DNA of 64,000 nucleotides from Owenia fusiformis (taxonomy: Eukaryota), in contig CAIIXF020000001.1 in the NCBI GenBank assembly GCA_903813345.2, positions 15,438,001-15,502,000 of the forward strand, written 5' to 3'. The notes beneath the pieces were generated by a model. That model saw only the letters and a list, made by a program, of their open reading frames with translations, was not told the DNA's origin and did not search any database. Below, one piece after another: positions 24,484-36,966 of this stretch (within the stretch, counting starts at the first letter, position 1; every line of letters starts with the position of its first letter). A program made the position numbers and the translations under genes.

Positions 24484-26730
24484 CAGGGTGACCAAAAAAA
24501 TGCAACCCTCCATTTCTTCAATATTTTTCTTGGAGGTTAATTGGAGGTTAAATGGAGATTAATTGCTCTGAAATTTGGCACACACGGACTTCATTCAATG
24601 TGGGATCCTCTGGCAAAGTTATAATAATCATAGTCTTATATTGATAGAGTTATGGTCGTTCCAAAATATGCTCCAAATGTCGTCCATTTCCAACGTAAGG
24701 TTTTCGGATGAATCACATTCCCTTCTTTCTGAACATGTAAACTCAGGAAATAATGTGTTCTGGGATGACAAATTCCAGATGAAGTGCTTCAAAGGCCCCT
24801 TCATTCTGTTAAATGCACAGCTTGGGCTGCCAATTTCCAAACATGAAATCATCAGCCACTTTTGGTTTGAGGTTGATAATGGCAACACTGTTACTGTTAA
24901 CACACAGCGCAACATTGACGTTCCCAGGAAGTTCTAGGCAGTTCTAGAGTGACATAGAGGCTTCAATAGACAAGAACAGTGGTTATTGAAGGATGGAGCT
25001 ACTCCTCACACTTCTAATGATAGCATAGCCTGTCTCACTAGTCATTTCTATGAGAAGATTATCTCCACCGTGCCCATGTCAAGCTGCGCGCCTAAGTAGG
25101 CGCGCAGTTTGTTTCGATCACAAACTGCGTGCCTAACAACATTGCATCATTTAAGTTGGAGTCTGTATTTTGAAACGTAATTTAAGGAAATTTATCCTGC
25201 ATTGTTTTCTTGTTCAATGCGTTCATGCTGTGGCGAAAATACAAATCTTGCAAATACTAGCAAAAACTATGTGCAAATGAATCTAAGTTTTAAAACATAA
25301 GCAGATTAATGGCATTTTCGTCACTGATTTAACGGGAATTTATGCGTAATTCGATCTAGCACGTTAAACATAAATGACAAATACTTTAGACTCGTTTTAT
25401 ATTTAATTCCTTACGCATTTATCATGTATAATTCAAAATATTTCGAGATAAAATAGATAATCAGGAGATTAAAAAGAAGTAAACCACAAACTGCGCGCCT
25501 ATTTTAGCCAGAAATTATAAACTGTGCGCATACACTATTAAAACTACATATTATCATTGACATTTTTACAGAGGCACGTAAAGGTGTTTTTCATATAGCT
25601 TTGGAAATTTTGCTTTATTGCAGATTTTATGAGATTTTCATATTGAAAGTCAAAATGTATAATAGAAGTGACAATTAAGTTGGGAACGAAAGAAAGTATT
25701 TTATTTTTAGATCACCATTTGGTGGATGGACTCTCATAGTGTTTCAATTATAGGGTTCTACTATTAGACACATATGTGCCTTACATAATGGCGCTTACGT
25801 TTTCTAATAATACAAAACAAGCTTGGATAGGCAAGTTTGGAAATATTAGGCACGCAGTTTGGGAAATACATGTGAATATAGGCGCGCAGTTTGACAAGAA
25901 AAATGTTTAAATCACGTTTATGGCGTATTATCGTTTTGAACACAAACTATGCTGCTTTAATCAGATGGAGTGATCCTATATATTCGAGCATACACAGACA
26001 CAATGGCTGAATAAACGGCATATGACGATAAAAATACAAAGATATAACTTTACACTGAAAATTTTGAGCACAGAAGTTACTTAAGACCCTTATATTGAGA
26101 TAACCAGGTTAACATCGGGGAAAACATTGAGTACTAAGAGTAAATTAAGTTCATCTTCACAGAATGGTACTACTTATAGAACGAGACTAACCTTGTATTT
26201 TTCGTATTTTGGCTCTTTTTGGGAGTCGTGTCCTCCCCGTCTTCATTTTGAAATATGCGCGCAGTTTGTCAGAGTTTCAAACTGCGTGCTTAGTAGGCAC
26301 GCTGCTTGACATGGGCATCGTGATCTCTCCTAGGACGGATAACCCATGGTCATCCCACAGTCTTGATCTCAAAGCCCCTGACTTCTATAAATGGGGTTAT
26401 GTAAAGGATAATGTGTATGAAAATAACCGCAATTGTAGAACTTCTACAAGCAATGGCTGCAAAATTTGAGCCATACCCATGGGGAAGAATGCACCCGTGT
26501 TATGAACAGTTTTCCTTGAACATTGCAAGTTTGTTTTCAGCGAAATTGACGACATCTGGAGCATATTTTGAAACAACTATAGCTCTATCAATATAAAACT
26601 ATGATTATTAAAACTCTGCCAGAGGATCCCACATTGAATGAAGTCCCTGTGTGCCAAATCTTAGAGCAATTTACCTCCATTTAAGAAAAATATAGAAGAA
26701 ATGGAGGGTTGCACTTTTTGGGTCACCCTG
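24484..26730 (+). mobile_element. Degenerate Tc1/mariner-superfamily transposon
   Basis: cagggtgaccaaaaaa / tttttgggtcaccctg TIRs (~180 bp), TA TSD. Transposase relics FSDESH, KDGATPHT, WSSHSLDLKAPDFYKWGYVKDNVY. Only the right part survives in C (42201-42483). Confidence 0.88.
25066..26322. mobile_element. Transib-like non-autonomous element (CAC termini, 5-bp TSD ATCTC) inside the mariner
   Basis: caccgtgcccatgtcaagc / gcttgacatgggcatcgtg; ATCTC at 25061-25065 and 26323-26327; repeated aaactgcgcgccta motif. Confidence 0.8.
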
Positions 26731-27014
26731 TACATAACTGAAAGTGCATTGAAACAGTCTGTTACATAAATGTAACCTCAAAACCATGGAAATATTGCAA
26801 TCCATACCTGAAAGTACATTGACATATTGCATTTCATACTCGACATTTCATTGAAACAATTCATTCCATAACTGAAAATACATCCATATTATATTTGAAG
26901 GCACCTTGAAATATATTTGAAGGCACCTTGAAATTTAAATTGATACAAAAGCTCCGTCGACTACTAGGCCTATATAAGGCGTACGATATTCTGCAAGCTA
27001 TGTTTCAACAGTAC

Positions 27015-27178
27015 CTCGTCAGTATATCCCATATTGCCTTTTATATAATCTGTTCCTTTATCACTTCCCCATATTACTGATAATACATGAAACTGGATGT
27101 ATGGGAATTTGTGATCATCTGGCTGGTAAGGAGATCTCATGAAGTACATCATATTTGGCAGTGGATTCTTCCATACAC
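27015..27178 (-). CDS. GMC copy B exon 8
   Basis: VWKNPLPN...PYIQFH..., 164 nt. Confidence 0.85.
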
Positions 27179-27315
27179 CTGTGAACGACAGATATAAAAT
27201 GGTCCACTCTTTATTTGTAGTTCCACATAAAATGCCTAAGAACAAGATCGTTTTTTCAAAAACCATGTCCATTAAGAACTGGTTAATACACATGGTTATT
27301 ATTTGAGACACCAAC

Positions 27316-27466
27316 CTGTTCCAAAGAGGTTATACTTCAAGGTCTCAAGTAAAGATAACGCTCGGTTTTCTGTTATGGCATCAACTTTGGTAAAAAATGT
27401 CAGCATGTCTGATGTAGGATGTTCCTCCATATTTTCCCCAACTGGTAGGTCTGCCACTACTGGTAT
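27316..27466 (-). CDS. GMC copy B exon 7 (not in ORF track)
   Basis: [17 protein letters not shown]..., 151 nt, AG/GT. Confidence 0.88.
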
Positions 27467-27479
27467 CTAAGAAAGGGAT

Positions 27480-27740
27480 GAATTGTTTCATTTCCCATTG
27501 GTTTACATTAGGGAATGATGATTTTCAAAAATTCATCATATTTATCATCAATTTTCGACCTACTTTAATTGAGGAAATTGGAAATTGGGAGGCATTGGAA
27601 ATGAAGTCAAGTTACATTTTCATCAATATCATAAGTATTTTCCTCGCAGGTCATGTAAATCTAAATCCAAACATAAAGAGGATTTAATACGTAGTTCAAT
27701 GAGGGAGTTAAGGTTGCCAAACTTTTTGAGGGAAGTGTAC
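27480..27740. mobile_element. Fragment of the cactcccctccataagtttggcaacc MITE family (paralogue at ~49740-49996)
   Basis: Matches the right arm of 59289-60305. Confidence 0.65.
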
Positions 27741-27790
27741 ACGAAAGAGCTCTGGATGAGTTTGTACGTATATGATTCTACAAAACTCAC

Positions 27791-27958
27791 TCCTATCTCT
27801 TTAAGGTGTTTCTTAGGTCCTATTCCAGACAGTAGGAGAATGTGAGCTGATCCAACAGCACCTCCTGATATTATAACTTCCTTTCTTGCTTTCACATTTT
27901 TCTTGACCAATCCTCTTACATAAGCTACACCAACTGCTTTCTTGCCTTCCAGGAGGAC
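27791..27958 (-). CDS. GMC copy B exon 6
   Basis: [25 protein letters not shown], 168 nt. Confidence 0.88.
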
Positions 27959-28486
27959 CTGTTTCAAATACAGTTGCAATAGAAAAACAATGTCGATTTG
28001 ATTAAACATTTAACACGTCTAACTATCGACAACGTACAGTGACAAAATATACTGGTGTACATGTTAGTTGTTTATAGCAAAAATTGTGATGTTGATGTAA
28101 AAAAATGTATCTATGGAATATGATGAAGTATCTCATGTTAAATTTTATGTTCATGCTCTTGGCAAGACTTTTAACTTTCAGAGTACGATTTTTTCTAGGT
28201 CATTCCCCCCATGTACATGTGAATGTAACCAACATTTTCCATCCATTATGTGGTTGGGATACCTAGAAAAAATTCGAGCACTGCTCGAAAATCAATTAAC
28301 GTAATATACGCTTCGAATAATATTATTCGAAAATTTTAGGCCGCCATTTTTGTTTGTCGATTTTGACCAATTAGAGACGTATGTCTCAATATAGGTCTAC
28401 ATTATAAGCGTAGGTCATATTTGAACTCTAGAGTAATACCCCTGAACGCGAACCTTTAATTTTATTTCAACTAGCTCAAATATGAC

Positions 28487-28611
28487 TTTTGTGACGTGAG
28501 CTTGTGTTGCTACGTGTAGATTTTTTCTGTCCATATTTGGCTCTAAGAAGGCAGTTGCAGTACTAGACCTCTCTCCATTGGCATCTACAGTTACCTGGGC
28601 TGCGTTCCAGC
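28487..28611 (-). CDS. GMC copy B exon 5
   Basis: [23 protein letters not shown]..., 125 nt. Confidence 0.88.
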
Positions 28612-28675
28612 CTAGGGAAGATACAAAATAACACCGAGTTGATATACAGCATTCCATAATACATAGTACGATGTA

Positions 28676-29664
28676 CAGGGCGTATCAAAAAAACGCAACA
28701 AGTAGTTATCTTGTAAAATTCCAAAACTAGTGATGACTACATGAATTTCATTTGATGTACCATAAAGCCACGTCTCTCCTCTTTGCAATGATATGTCGTT
28801 CATTCACATGTGGTAATGTTTGGGTGAGAAATCCTTCCATTTGCACAGTGGATCAAAATCAACTCTGGGCCAAGTTTTAGATATTGCAAAAATCAGTGCA
28901 AGGGCTAAGTGCCAATGGAAGTTCCCTTGACTTGAATTGTTGTGACTTTTTCTTTTGGAGCTATCTCGGGAGCATTTGTGCTCACAATTCCTCCACCAGA
29001 TATTGCAAAACCTCAAGAAAGAATTGCCCATGGGCTGCTTTTCTCTGCTTTAACCCACAGATGACTCAGAACCATGCATGACGTGGACAGATGAGCGCAT
29101 CTTTATATGCAAGGAAGTGGTGGCAATTTGGAGGGGTATAGGATGTATTCTTGCAAGAGTATGAGTATGAACACTTTACTGTCTATCCCACACCTGTCAC
29201 AGCTTCTTCCAATAGCCCCTATGCCCCTTGTACTGACTTTCGCAATGTTTAAAACTTGGGTCCGAGCTGAATTTTGCCCCACTTTGCAAAATTAATGATT
29301 ATTCGGCCAGAGATGACTCTCTGTGAATGAATGATATTCTATTGAAAAGAAGAGTAATTTGGCTTTTTGGTACATTGAATGAAAAGGATGCAGTCAGCAT
29401 TGGTTTTATGTTTTCTTCCAATTTTGCATCGGGCTCCATACACTGAGTTTTGCGAAGTTTATAACTTGGTCAAAAGCTAATTTTGGCCGACTTGTCAAAT
29501 GGAATGATTATTCGCCGAACCATGACCAAATATCAATGAATGATATATCATTGTAAAGAGGAGACACATGGCTTTATGGTGCATTGAATGAAATCAATGC
29601 TGTTATCACTGGTTTTGTGCTTTTCCGAGATAAAAATCTGTTGCGTTTTTTTTGATACGCACTG
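28676..29664. mobile_element. Tc1/mariner-type non-autonomous element, B-specific
   Basis: cagggcgtatcaaaaaaacgcaaca TIRs, TA TSD, empty site in C near 50975; transposase relic SLDLNCCDFFFWSYL. Confidence 0.85.
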
Positions 29665-30966
29665 TATATGCCGCCAACGATTTAACGTTTTAATGGTTGT
29701 AAATGCAATTGTATTTGGAATGGTGCACAACTGTTTAACTATAAATGGTCAACAATTAAGAAGATGTTTGTTCTACAAAAAAAGTATATTTGATGACCTG
29801 ATGGTCATATAAACCTTGTAAATTCTATCAAATATTGAAAAATTTCCATGTGAAGCCTTCATAACAAAAATCCCCGTTAAAATCAATTGGGCATTTTTTA
29901 TCTATGAGAGTATGAGTATTTTTATATTTTGAGTTCTAAAAAATATTTTTCTCAGATGCGCATCAGGTAATTATAATGTATTAAAAAGTAGAGACACTAT
30001 TTTAGTTTTTCACCTTTTAAAATGAATAATACCGGAGTCTGAACTAAATGTGCCGTTTTGACTTTATTCTACACTCAAAATGGGGACTTTGTGTCCCGTT
30101 TCATCGAAATTAGAGAGGACAGATTTTATTAAAATAATTGGAAAGCTTTTTTACTTGTCTGCGCATGTTCCATACTTTACTGTATTGGTACCAAATGATA
30201 GGGTAAACCATACTTCTTCAGGTTATAATTCGCAAGAAAACGTAATAAGCGATTGACGAGTCCCGCATTAAAAGTTATCAGAACACATTCTCTACAAATT
30301 ATAACTTTCAATCATGATGAATTGTCATTTCGGAAATGAAGATGCACATGTCATTTTGATGTAATGTTTATCTATTGATATTAATAATGATTATATCCTG
30401 TAGGATTTGCATATAAATCCATCAAGAAAAGGGACATTAGTACAAAGCTTTCAATTTCAAAGTTTAGAATTTTTCTTGGTTTCCATGTTTATTCAATTTT
30501 AAATCGATGTTTTGATTGAAATTGCTTGGTTTGTTTCGAAATACGTTTTCATCGATACATTTCTTAGATTGAATGTAGGTAATAAAAATGTAATGTCATT
30601 TTCATAATTTTATGTACATGCTTCAATGAATTTCGAAAGAATGACGACGAATGTTCGTCAAATTGCGAGAATATTCTTCATAACGTCACATTTCATTGTT
30701 TCCTGTGAAACAGGAGTGTGCACCATTAGCGTACTTATAGTAATTATCAGTTAACTTATTTTTGAAGCCCATATTGTAATTTAGCCCACCCTGTGAATAT
30801 TACTATGAACAAGTAAGTCAAGTGGTATATCTGATCCCCAATATTGCTCGGTGATAGTGTAGATATGCAAATTGCAATAGTATCCCCAAAGGCTTTTCAC
30901 TTTCAGGACTACTTTTCATGTATCTTAAAGTTAAAACTGAAAAATACCCATTTGATCTTTGCCATT

Positions 30967-33862
30967 TAGTCTGGCAGAAATATAGGGTATTTTGACATTC
31001 AATCGTTTTCTTCGGATTACAATGTTTTTTTAACTTATCAACATGAATATAGGATTGGGACCTCAAAACCACCAGATGCCGGTGCGGCACCCTTGGGCAA
31101 CTCTCTACAGAGCATTTCTTATACCCCCCTGATAAAATATACAGGGGGTACTATAAGACACCCTCATATCTCAGATACTGATAAATATATTAACTTGAGA
31201 TTTTCAGGAATTAGTTTTAGTATGATGCTTGACATGTATGACAAAAATCAAGAAAAAATCTTAATCCGTTGCTATAGCAACAGTAACAGAACACTATTTG
31301 TTACCGTAGAGATGCATCATTTTGCTGATTTTCAACATTTCTTCAAATAGTTGATTCTTAAACTAGTATATAGTATTACACTAGTATATAGGACACTGCA
31401 TATTTTATATTTAGTATATACATGTATATCAAATGAAATCTAATGCATTCATACAGTAGTGAGGTTGGCATATAGTCGGTCTAGACGGCTTTGGCATTTA
31501 GAACATGCATCATAATAAAATCTATTGAATTATACAATAGAGAGGTTGGCATAGTCTAGATTTTGGCATAATGTCTAAATTTTATAAGCATTGGCTTTCC
31601 TCATCTGAGCAATCAGACTACTGGGGGCCCTGTATAGCTTCTGGGGGCCACTGGGGACCATCGTATAGCTTTCAAAGGCACTGTAAATATTTGATTTAAC
31701 ATTGAATTCAATTGGATATTTCTTTAACAGTGAAATTTAATGGCCATGAAACATTTCAGATTGACAACATCGTGAATTTTTTGTCAGTGAAAATTTGGGC
31801 TTACTTCTGGGGGCTACTAAGGGCCCTCGTATGGCTTCTGGGGGCCACTAGGGGCGCCTGTATAGCTTCTGGGGGCTCCAGTTTAGCTTCTTGGGGACAC
31901 TAGGGGGCCACCATATAGTTTTTGGGAGCCACCATATGGCTTCTGGGGGCCCCTGTATAGTTTCTTGGGGCCATTAGGGGCCACCGTACAGCTTCTGGGG
32001 GCTACCATATAGTTTCTGGGGGCCACTGGATGCCATCCTATAGCTTCTGGTGGCTCCTGGGGGCCACCGTATAGCTTCTGGGTGCCATCATATAGCTTCT
32101 GGGGCCTACCATATAGCTTCTTGGGGCCACTAGGGGCCCCTATATAGCTTTTGGGGGCCACTTTAAAGCTTCTTGGAGCCACTGGGAGCCACCGTATAGC
32201 TTCTGGGTGCCATCATATAGCTTCTGGGGCCTACCATATAGCTTTTTGGGGCCACTAGGGGCCCCTATATAGCTTTTGGGGGCCACTTTAAAGCTTCTTG
32301 GAGCCACTGGGGACCACCACATAGCTTCTGGGGGCTACTAGGGGCCTCTGGATATGCTTCTTGGGGCCACCATATAGCTTTCCGGGGCCACCATATAGCT
32401 TTAAGGGGGCACTAGGGGCCACTGTATAGATTCTGGGGGCTACTGGGGGCCCCTGTATAGCTTCTGGAAGTCACCATATAGCTTCTAGGGGCCATTTGGA
32501 GCACCTGTATAGCTTCCCGGGGCTACCATATAGCTTCTGGGGGCTACTAGGGGTCCCTGTATAGCTTCTGGGGGCTCCTGTTTAGCTTCTTGGGGACACT
32601 GGGGGGCCACCATATAGTTTTGGGGAACCACCGTATAGCTTCTGGGGGCCCCTGTATAGTTTCTTGAGGCCATTGGGGGCCACCGTACAGCTTCTGAGGC
32701 TACCATATAGCTTCTGGGGGCCACTGGATGCCATCCTATAGCTTCTGGCGGCTACTTGGGGCCACCGTATAGCTTCTGGGTGCCATCATATAGTTTCTGG
32801 GGCCTACCATATAGCTTCTCGGGGCTACTAGGGGCCCCTGTATAGCTTTTGGGGGCCACTGTGAGGCTTCTTGGAGCCACTGGGGACCACCATATAGCTT
32901 CTGAGGGCTACTAGGGGCCGCTGGACATGCTTCTGGGGCCCACCATATAGCTTTCCGGGGCCTCCGTATAGCTTTAAGGGGGCACTAAGGGCCACTGTAT
33001 AGATTCTGGGGGCCCCTGTATAGCTTCTGGAAGTCACCATATAGCTTCTAGGGGCCATTTGTAGCCCCTGTATAGCTTCTGGAGGCTACTAATGGTCCCT
33101 GTATAGCTTCTTGGGGCCATCTTATAGCATCTTGGGGCCACTAGGGGCCCCTGTATAGCTTCTGGGGCCACTGGGGTCCATGGTATAGCTCCTTGGGGCC
33201 ACTGGGGGCATTTTTTATTTAAACCTTGAAATTTTTTTTCAAATTCATGTGACTATTTATCTCTTAAGCAGCACTTTTTTACCTAGGGAGCATAACCTTT
33301 TCAAGAAGTGTTATTTTGGACCACCTTTTTAAAGAAAGTGAAATGTAAAAACCTGATTATTAAGTGATGTTACCATAGCAACTGAAATGTTAGATATATT
33401 ACATAAACCATATGATGAATTATTTCATCTTTACTTCTAATCATGTATATAACAGATACATATATACTTCAGATGCTTTAAGAATCAAGAATATGAAGAA
33501 AATTATGAAAATCAGCAGAATAATGCATTTCTACGGTAACAAATATTGTCTATTTCTGTTGCTATAGCAACGGATTAAGATTTTTTCTTGATTTTTGTCA
33601 CATGTGTCAAGCATCATACTAAAACCAATTCCTGAAAATTTCAAGTTAATATATTTATTAGTGTCTGAGATATGAGGGTGTCTTATAGTACCCCCTGTAT
33701 ATTTTATCAGGGGGGTATAAGAAATGCTCTGTAGAGAGTTGCCCAAGGGTGCCGCTCCGGCATCTAATGGTTTTGAGGTCCCAACCCTATATTGATGCTG
33801 ATAAGTTAAAAAAACATTGTAATCCGAAGAAAACAATTAGCTTTGAAGTTTCTGCCAGACTA
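30967..33862. mobile_element. Academ-like TIR element (TAG...CTA, 3-bp TSD ATT) inserted in exon 4 of copy B
   Basis: tagtctggcagaaa / tttctgccagacta; ~400-bp TIRs; ATT at 30964-30966 and 33863-33865; empty site gccattgtaat in A and C. Confidence 0.88.
31620..33210. repeat. GC-rich minisatellite (tatagcttctgggggccacca / ctaggggcccctg modules) inside the Academ-like element
   Basis: Dozens of 21-32 bp modules. Confidence 0.9.
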
Positions 33863-33978
33863 ATTGTAATCCTCTGTAGTCTTGAATCCTGCTTCAACCG
33901 CTGCATCATAAACATACTTTATACATTCAACTTCATCCACAGTTGATACTTGTAGAGGCCCTGAGGTACCATGGTATT
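33863..33978 (-). CDS. GMC copy B exon 4, 5' part (remainder at 30948-30966)
   Basis: Matches copy C 57680-57811 up to the insertion point. Confidence 0.85.
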
Positions 33979-34220
33979 CTATAAATCATAGACACATATT
34001 TGATATTTATAAAAAGCCAATACTTGCAGAGCTGTATCCAACTCTAACTTCTATCTGGGTCATATAATTGATATAATCACATTTTGTTAATAGAGGCTAG
34101 GACTTGAGTGAACGCTTCTTTCGAAATTTACTTCCATAAGTCATACCAGAATAAGAAACAGGAAAATGTGGTAGGCATTGCGACAATGCTCGTTTACATT
34201 TTTAGATACGTTTCACTTAC

Positions 34221-34410
34221 TTGATTTGCTTAATTTTGGATCAAGCTGTGCTTCAGATTTCTTGAAATATGGAAGTACATCTTTGTAGCTCCACCCTGTG
34301 TTCCCAAGCTCTGCCCACATGTCATAGTCATATTTACTACCACGCGTGTATTGCATGTAGTTATGTGCACTGCAACCTCCAAGTAATTTGCCAGTTGCCC
34401 AACTTCTTTG
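34221..34410 (-). CDS. GMC copy B exon 3
   Basis: [24 protein letters not shown], 190 nt. Confidence 0.88.
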
Positions 34411-35044
34411 CTTCAAAACAAGTAAAATGTGTATTTTTCATTAGTAAAAGAAAGCAATTATTATAAAATTATGGTGATAATTTGAGATTTTAGCTACCTG
34501 TGCAAGATCACCCACATTTATTGCTTTACTAGAAGAGTATGTATGCCAAAGAGTAATTGGACTTTTGATTATAGTTAATTTTTCTTAATTAATTTTGTCT
34601 TCAGCTCAAGTTTTGCACAAGTACACGTTGAACCCTCCCGGGGAATATGGCAATCGCAATGTGGTCAATTTTGGATATAACTACTGGTCACTCAAGAAAA
34701 TTGCGAACATAGCATATAAAATGACTCCATGTTAATTTTCAAATGTTGTGAATTCTTACTGAAATCTAAATAACTTACCTAGATACCAGTGGGTAATCAG
34801 TTTCACCACCAAGTGGCTTACACTCAGGTAAGATAACATAAGAGGCATCAAGAACTTTGCCCAAAACTAATCAATAGACTTTAAAGATAATTTATCTAAC
34901 GTTTTTGAGTAAAATGGGATTTGGAATAGGAAATCACCTTCTCTAAATTTTGAATGGTTTAATGAAATTATTTCAAGTCTATTTAAATCACAAAGAATTT
35001 ATTATAACCGGAATTTTCAAAAATATGAATTTTATAATATTTAC

Positions 35045-35247
35045 CGAGTTTTTCAAGCCTTTGCAACAATGTTTCTGAGGAACTGTTTTGTACTCCCAGT
35101 CCATGCTTGTCCGTTGAGCAAACTTGGTCCCCATTGGCGGTTTTGTGAGAGGGTTTGATGCTTCTCCAGCTTCTAGGAGCAAAACTTTGGTGTTTGGGTC
35201 TTCTGAGAGTCTACTTGCTACAACAGCACCTGCTGATCCTGCTCCAA
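35045..35247 (-). CDS. GMC copy B exon 2
   Basis: VGAGSAG, 203 nt. Confidence 0.88.
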
Positions 35248-36839
35248 CTGTAACCATACAGGGATTCATTTTCTATAAGACTAAAGGGCTATAAGACATT
35301 GTGAGGGCCTTCCTATGTACCATATTTGAAGGCCCATACTTTTTTCTCTGAGGCTATTTGATGGACCAATTTTATGCTAAACCCAAGCTTAGAGACCTAG
35401 AACAACCTAAGACCAGCATCCGAATAGAAATCAAAACATTCCACCAGAAATATCAAATGTGATGAACAATGTAGTAGTAAGGATGCAGACTGTCATCGAA
35501 ATATGAGGTTAAATTGAAAATGTGGTGTATTAAAAGGTAACGGGTTAAAGTATCAAAAAGGCAAAACTGAATTAAAAACTGTGTATAGGGGAAAAAACTT
35601 TTATCTACAAGACCATGCAAAAATTGTCTGAGAATATTGATTGGTTTGTCTATTCTGTTGATATACTTTTTGGTACATTTTTGAGACACCCTTATATAGT
35701 CACATACCGGCTGGTACTGTATATGACTTTGATATTGTAATTGTGACTTCGGACTTTTGTATTCCATACATGATAAAGTGTATTATACACTAACCTTTAG
35801 CGTTCTATGATAACCCAAGGGCAATTTATTCAATGTTGTCTCGTTGAGACTGACAAACGCTACCATTTCAACACTGGTTGGGATCGAAAGATTTGTCCGT
35901 TTACTACATGAAATGGGTACAGTAAATCATTTACACCTTCAGACCTTTCACCGTTATTGAAAATCCATAAACGCTGGGGGTAAAAGCGATTGAAAACGGC
36001 GCCAGAGTATTTATCATACTCTAAAGCGTACCTTTTTAATGATATCTAGATGTATTTGGTCTTTTGAATTTTTATAAAAAATCATTTTTGAATTTTTTCT
36101 TACCTCTACTATAGAGGAGTAGTTTCAAATGTGAAATACATTAAGAAAGACATTAAGGAATTATCATTGAAAATTTGTTGAAAATAAGCAGAAAATTAAT
36201 TCCAAAGCGCAGAATTAAATGGTTTGAAATTTTGGATTTCATTGAATCATAGTACATAGGCCCAAAATATTTGAAATATTATAAGAACTTGTTTTCAACC
36301 TAGATAGGCCAACAATTAGTTTATTTTGAAGGTTTAGCATATTTGGAAAATATTTGTGCCGGAAAAAATGACAATTTCTGATGAATATCTTTTGCCTGAT
36401 CTATTCTGTTCTATGGAGTCAAGAAATGATGTGTTTTACAGTGCTAAGTGTTGTATTTGACCTAGGTCAGCAGCTGAGCACATTTTAGAAAATAAAGTCC
36501 AGTTTCACACTGGATTTAAGGTCTTGGGCTTATTTTGAGCTTGGGTTCTCTGACCTAGCCCCTGTATCACCCCCTGCAATTTACCCCCAAATTTAAAACT
36601 AATTGTTTCTAAAATGGCGGGAAATTCAGATCTTTAAGAATTGTAAAATGAATAATTTTTTCAAAATCCTATTTTTCAAAATATGTCAAGTCAAGTCATG
36701 AAAAGAAATATTTGAATGGTTAACTATATTATCAATTTTAACACGGATGTTTTAAACATCACACCCTGATCAAAACCTGATCACATCACAATCATTTATA
36801 CTGATTCTCCATTATTGCATACTTTATATTTTTCCTTAC

Positions 36840-36966
36840 CTACAATATAATCATATTCGTCATCTAGTACATCTCGTATTTTTGAATTAATGTCTACAGC
36901 CTTTTCCTTTGTAAAATAGAGATAAACTGCGACAAGAACTATGATATATGACAAACTCTGGAACAT
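36840..36966 (-). CDS. GMC copy B exon 1
   Basis: [18 protein letters not shown]..., 127 nt, GTAAG donor. Confidence 0.85.

Larger units (their letters stand above)
18983..36966 (-). pseudogene. GMC oxidoreductase copy B, 11 exons, exon 4 disrupted by a TIR transposon (probable recent pseudogene)
   Basis: Exon sizes are identical to copy C. Exon 4 is split into 33863-33978 and 30948-30966, and the insertion begins with an in-frame TAG right after ...EDYN. The other exons are open with intact GT-AG. Confidence 0.85.

Noticed and set aside
25066-26322. ProtoRAG/RAG transposon with true RSS ends
   Set aside because: TIRs are symmetric, with no nonamer at 12/23 spacing and no coding capacity; only Transib-like ends are supported.
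31883-33058. Repetitive Pro/Gly/Tyr-rich ORFs as a structural protein
   Set aside because: Translations of a minisatellite inside a TIR element; open in several frames and without splice structure.
30967-33862. Insertion spliced out as an introner using the GT and AG in its TIRs
   Set aside because: Splicing TA|GTCTGG to TTTCTGCCAG|ACTA yields AAT TAA CTA AAT, an in-frame stop.
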